This document shows, in pieces, positions 63,875-64,000 of a stretch of DNA of 64,000 nt (position 1 is the first letter of the stretch; every line of letters starts with the position of its first letter). A model generated the notes under the pieces. That model did not search any database. It saw nothing but the letters and a program-made list of their open reading frames with translations, and was not told where the DNA came from. The stretch is from assembly GCA_026388095.1 (NCBI GenBank), contig JAPLKL010000044.1, positions 3,993-67,992 of the forward strand, read 5' to 3'. The DNA is from Elusimicrobiota bacterium. Its GTDB lineage: Bacteria; Elusimicrobiota; Elusimicrobia; UBA1565; UBA9628. The position numbers and the translations under genes are program-made.

Positions 63875-64000
63875 ATGACCAGAATGAGGACGCAGACGAA
63901 AGCCGCGGCCAACACCACTGCGGAGCTTTCCGACGAGCATCGGATCATCCTGAAGGTCGTGGCCGCCTTGCGCGCGGAATGCGGCAAGGTCGCCGGCGGC
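63875..64000 (+). CDS. Hemerythrin-like protein, N-terminal fragment (runs off the window).
   Basis: MTRMRTQTKAAANTTAELSDEHRIILKVVAAL contains a hemerythrin-like EH-R motif. Too short to be sure. Confidence 0.3.
   Translation, partial: MTRMRTQTKAAANTTAELSDEHRIILKVVAALRAECGKVAGG

Noticed and set aside
1-64000. CRISPR arrays, rRNA genes, IS transposases or integrases.
   Set aside because: No direct-repeat/spacer periodicity, no rRNA-like conserved stretches, and no DDE/tyrosine/serine-recombinase ORFs were seen on either strand.

Overview
High-GC (~65%) bacterial chromosomal segment from a diderm (Gram-negative-type) organism: it encodes outer-membrane beta-barrels, LpxD, lipoproteins with lipoboxes and an AsmA/DUF748 protein. 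No taxon can be named from sequence alone.

I place about 70 coding genes, one tRNA-Gln(CUG), several intrinsic-terminator hairpins and three families of non-coding repeats. Most long ORFs on the opposite strand of real genes (R/G/P/A-rich, no domains) are high-GC artefacts and were dropped.

Gene content in order:
- Stress and housekeeping: mgtE, mcsA-mcsB arginine-kinase pair, DUF47/PhoU-like protein, cyclophilin, threonine dehydrogenase.
- A lower-GC patch at 5.5-8.5 kb: BrnT/BrnA toxin-antitoxin, XRE regulator, OMP and two lipoproteins.
- A likely pyrimidine/purine catabolic trio: fused PreT/PreA-like dihydropyrimidine dehydrogenase, MFS transporter, SsnA-like aminohydrolase.
- A secreted HNH nuclease next to a cNMP-binding protein.
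- A nitrogen-assimilation locus: amt followed by a porin instead of glnK, a cytoplasmic HisKA_3 kinase, a NarL-type regulator, a separate membrane sensor-module protein, a paralogous porin divergent from type-III glutamine synthetase glnN.
- A flotillin with a triplicated insert plus a multi-zinc-ribbon partner.
- A five-gene glycoconjugate cluster: PMT/ArnT-like GT-C, DPM1-like GT2, eukaryote-type (PigN-like) phosphoethanolamine-transferase architecture, a small TM protein and a SIS protein.
- Two large secreted proteins directly upstream of tRNA-Gln.

Strongest candidate novelty is the region downstream of tRNA-Gln (44.6-49.4 kb). It holds three copies of a conserved ~75-nt structured element, each ending in an intrinsic terminator, interleaved with lower-GC cargo (CDF transporter, lipoprotein plus caspase-like C14 lipoprotein operon, an LpxD paralogue).

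Other signals: a MITE-like 235-bp element with 18-bp perfect terminal inverted repeats between GH30 and gtrA; a recurring GCCCTCCGAAAGGAGGGC terminator hairpin (4 copies); a terminator-containing leader before a cation/H+ antiporter; a TTGAC-N4-GTCAA Crp/Fnr box upstream of a hemerythrin-like gene.

All calls rest on reading the translated ORFs and the DNA by eye. No database searches were run.
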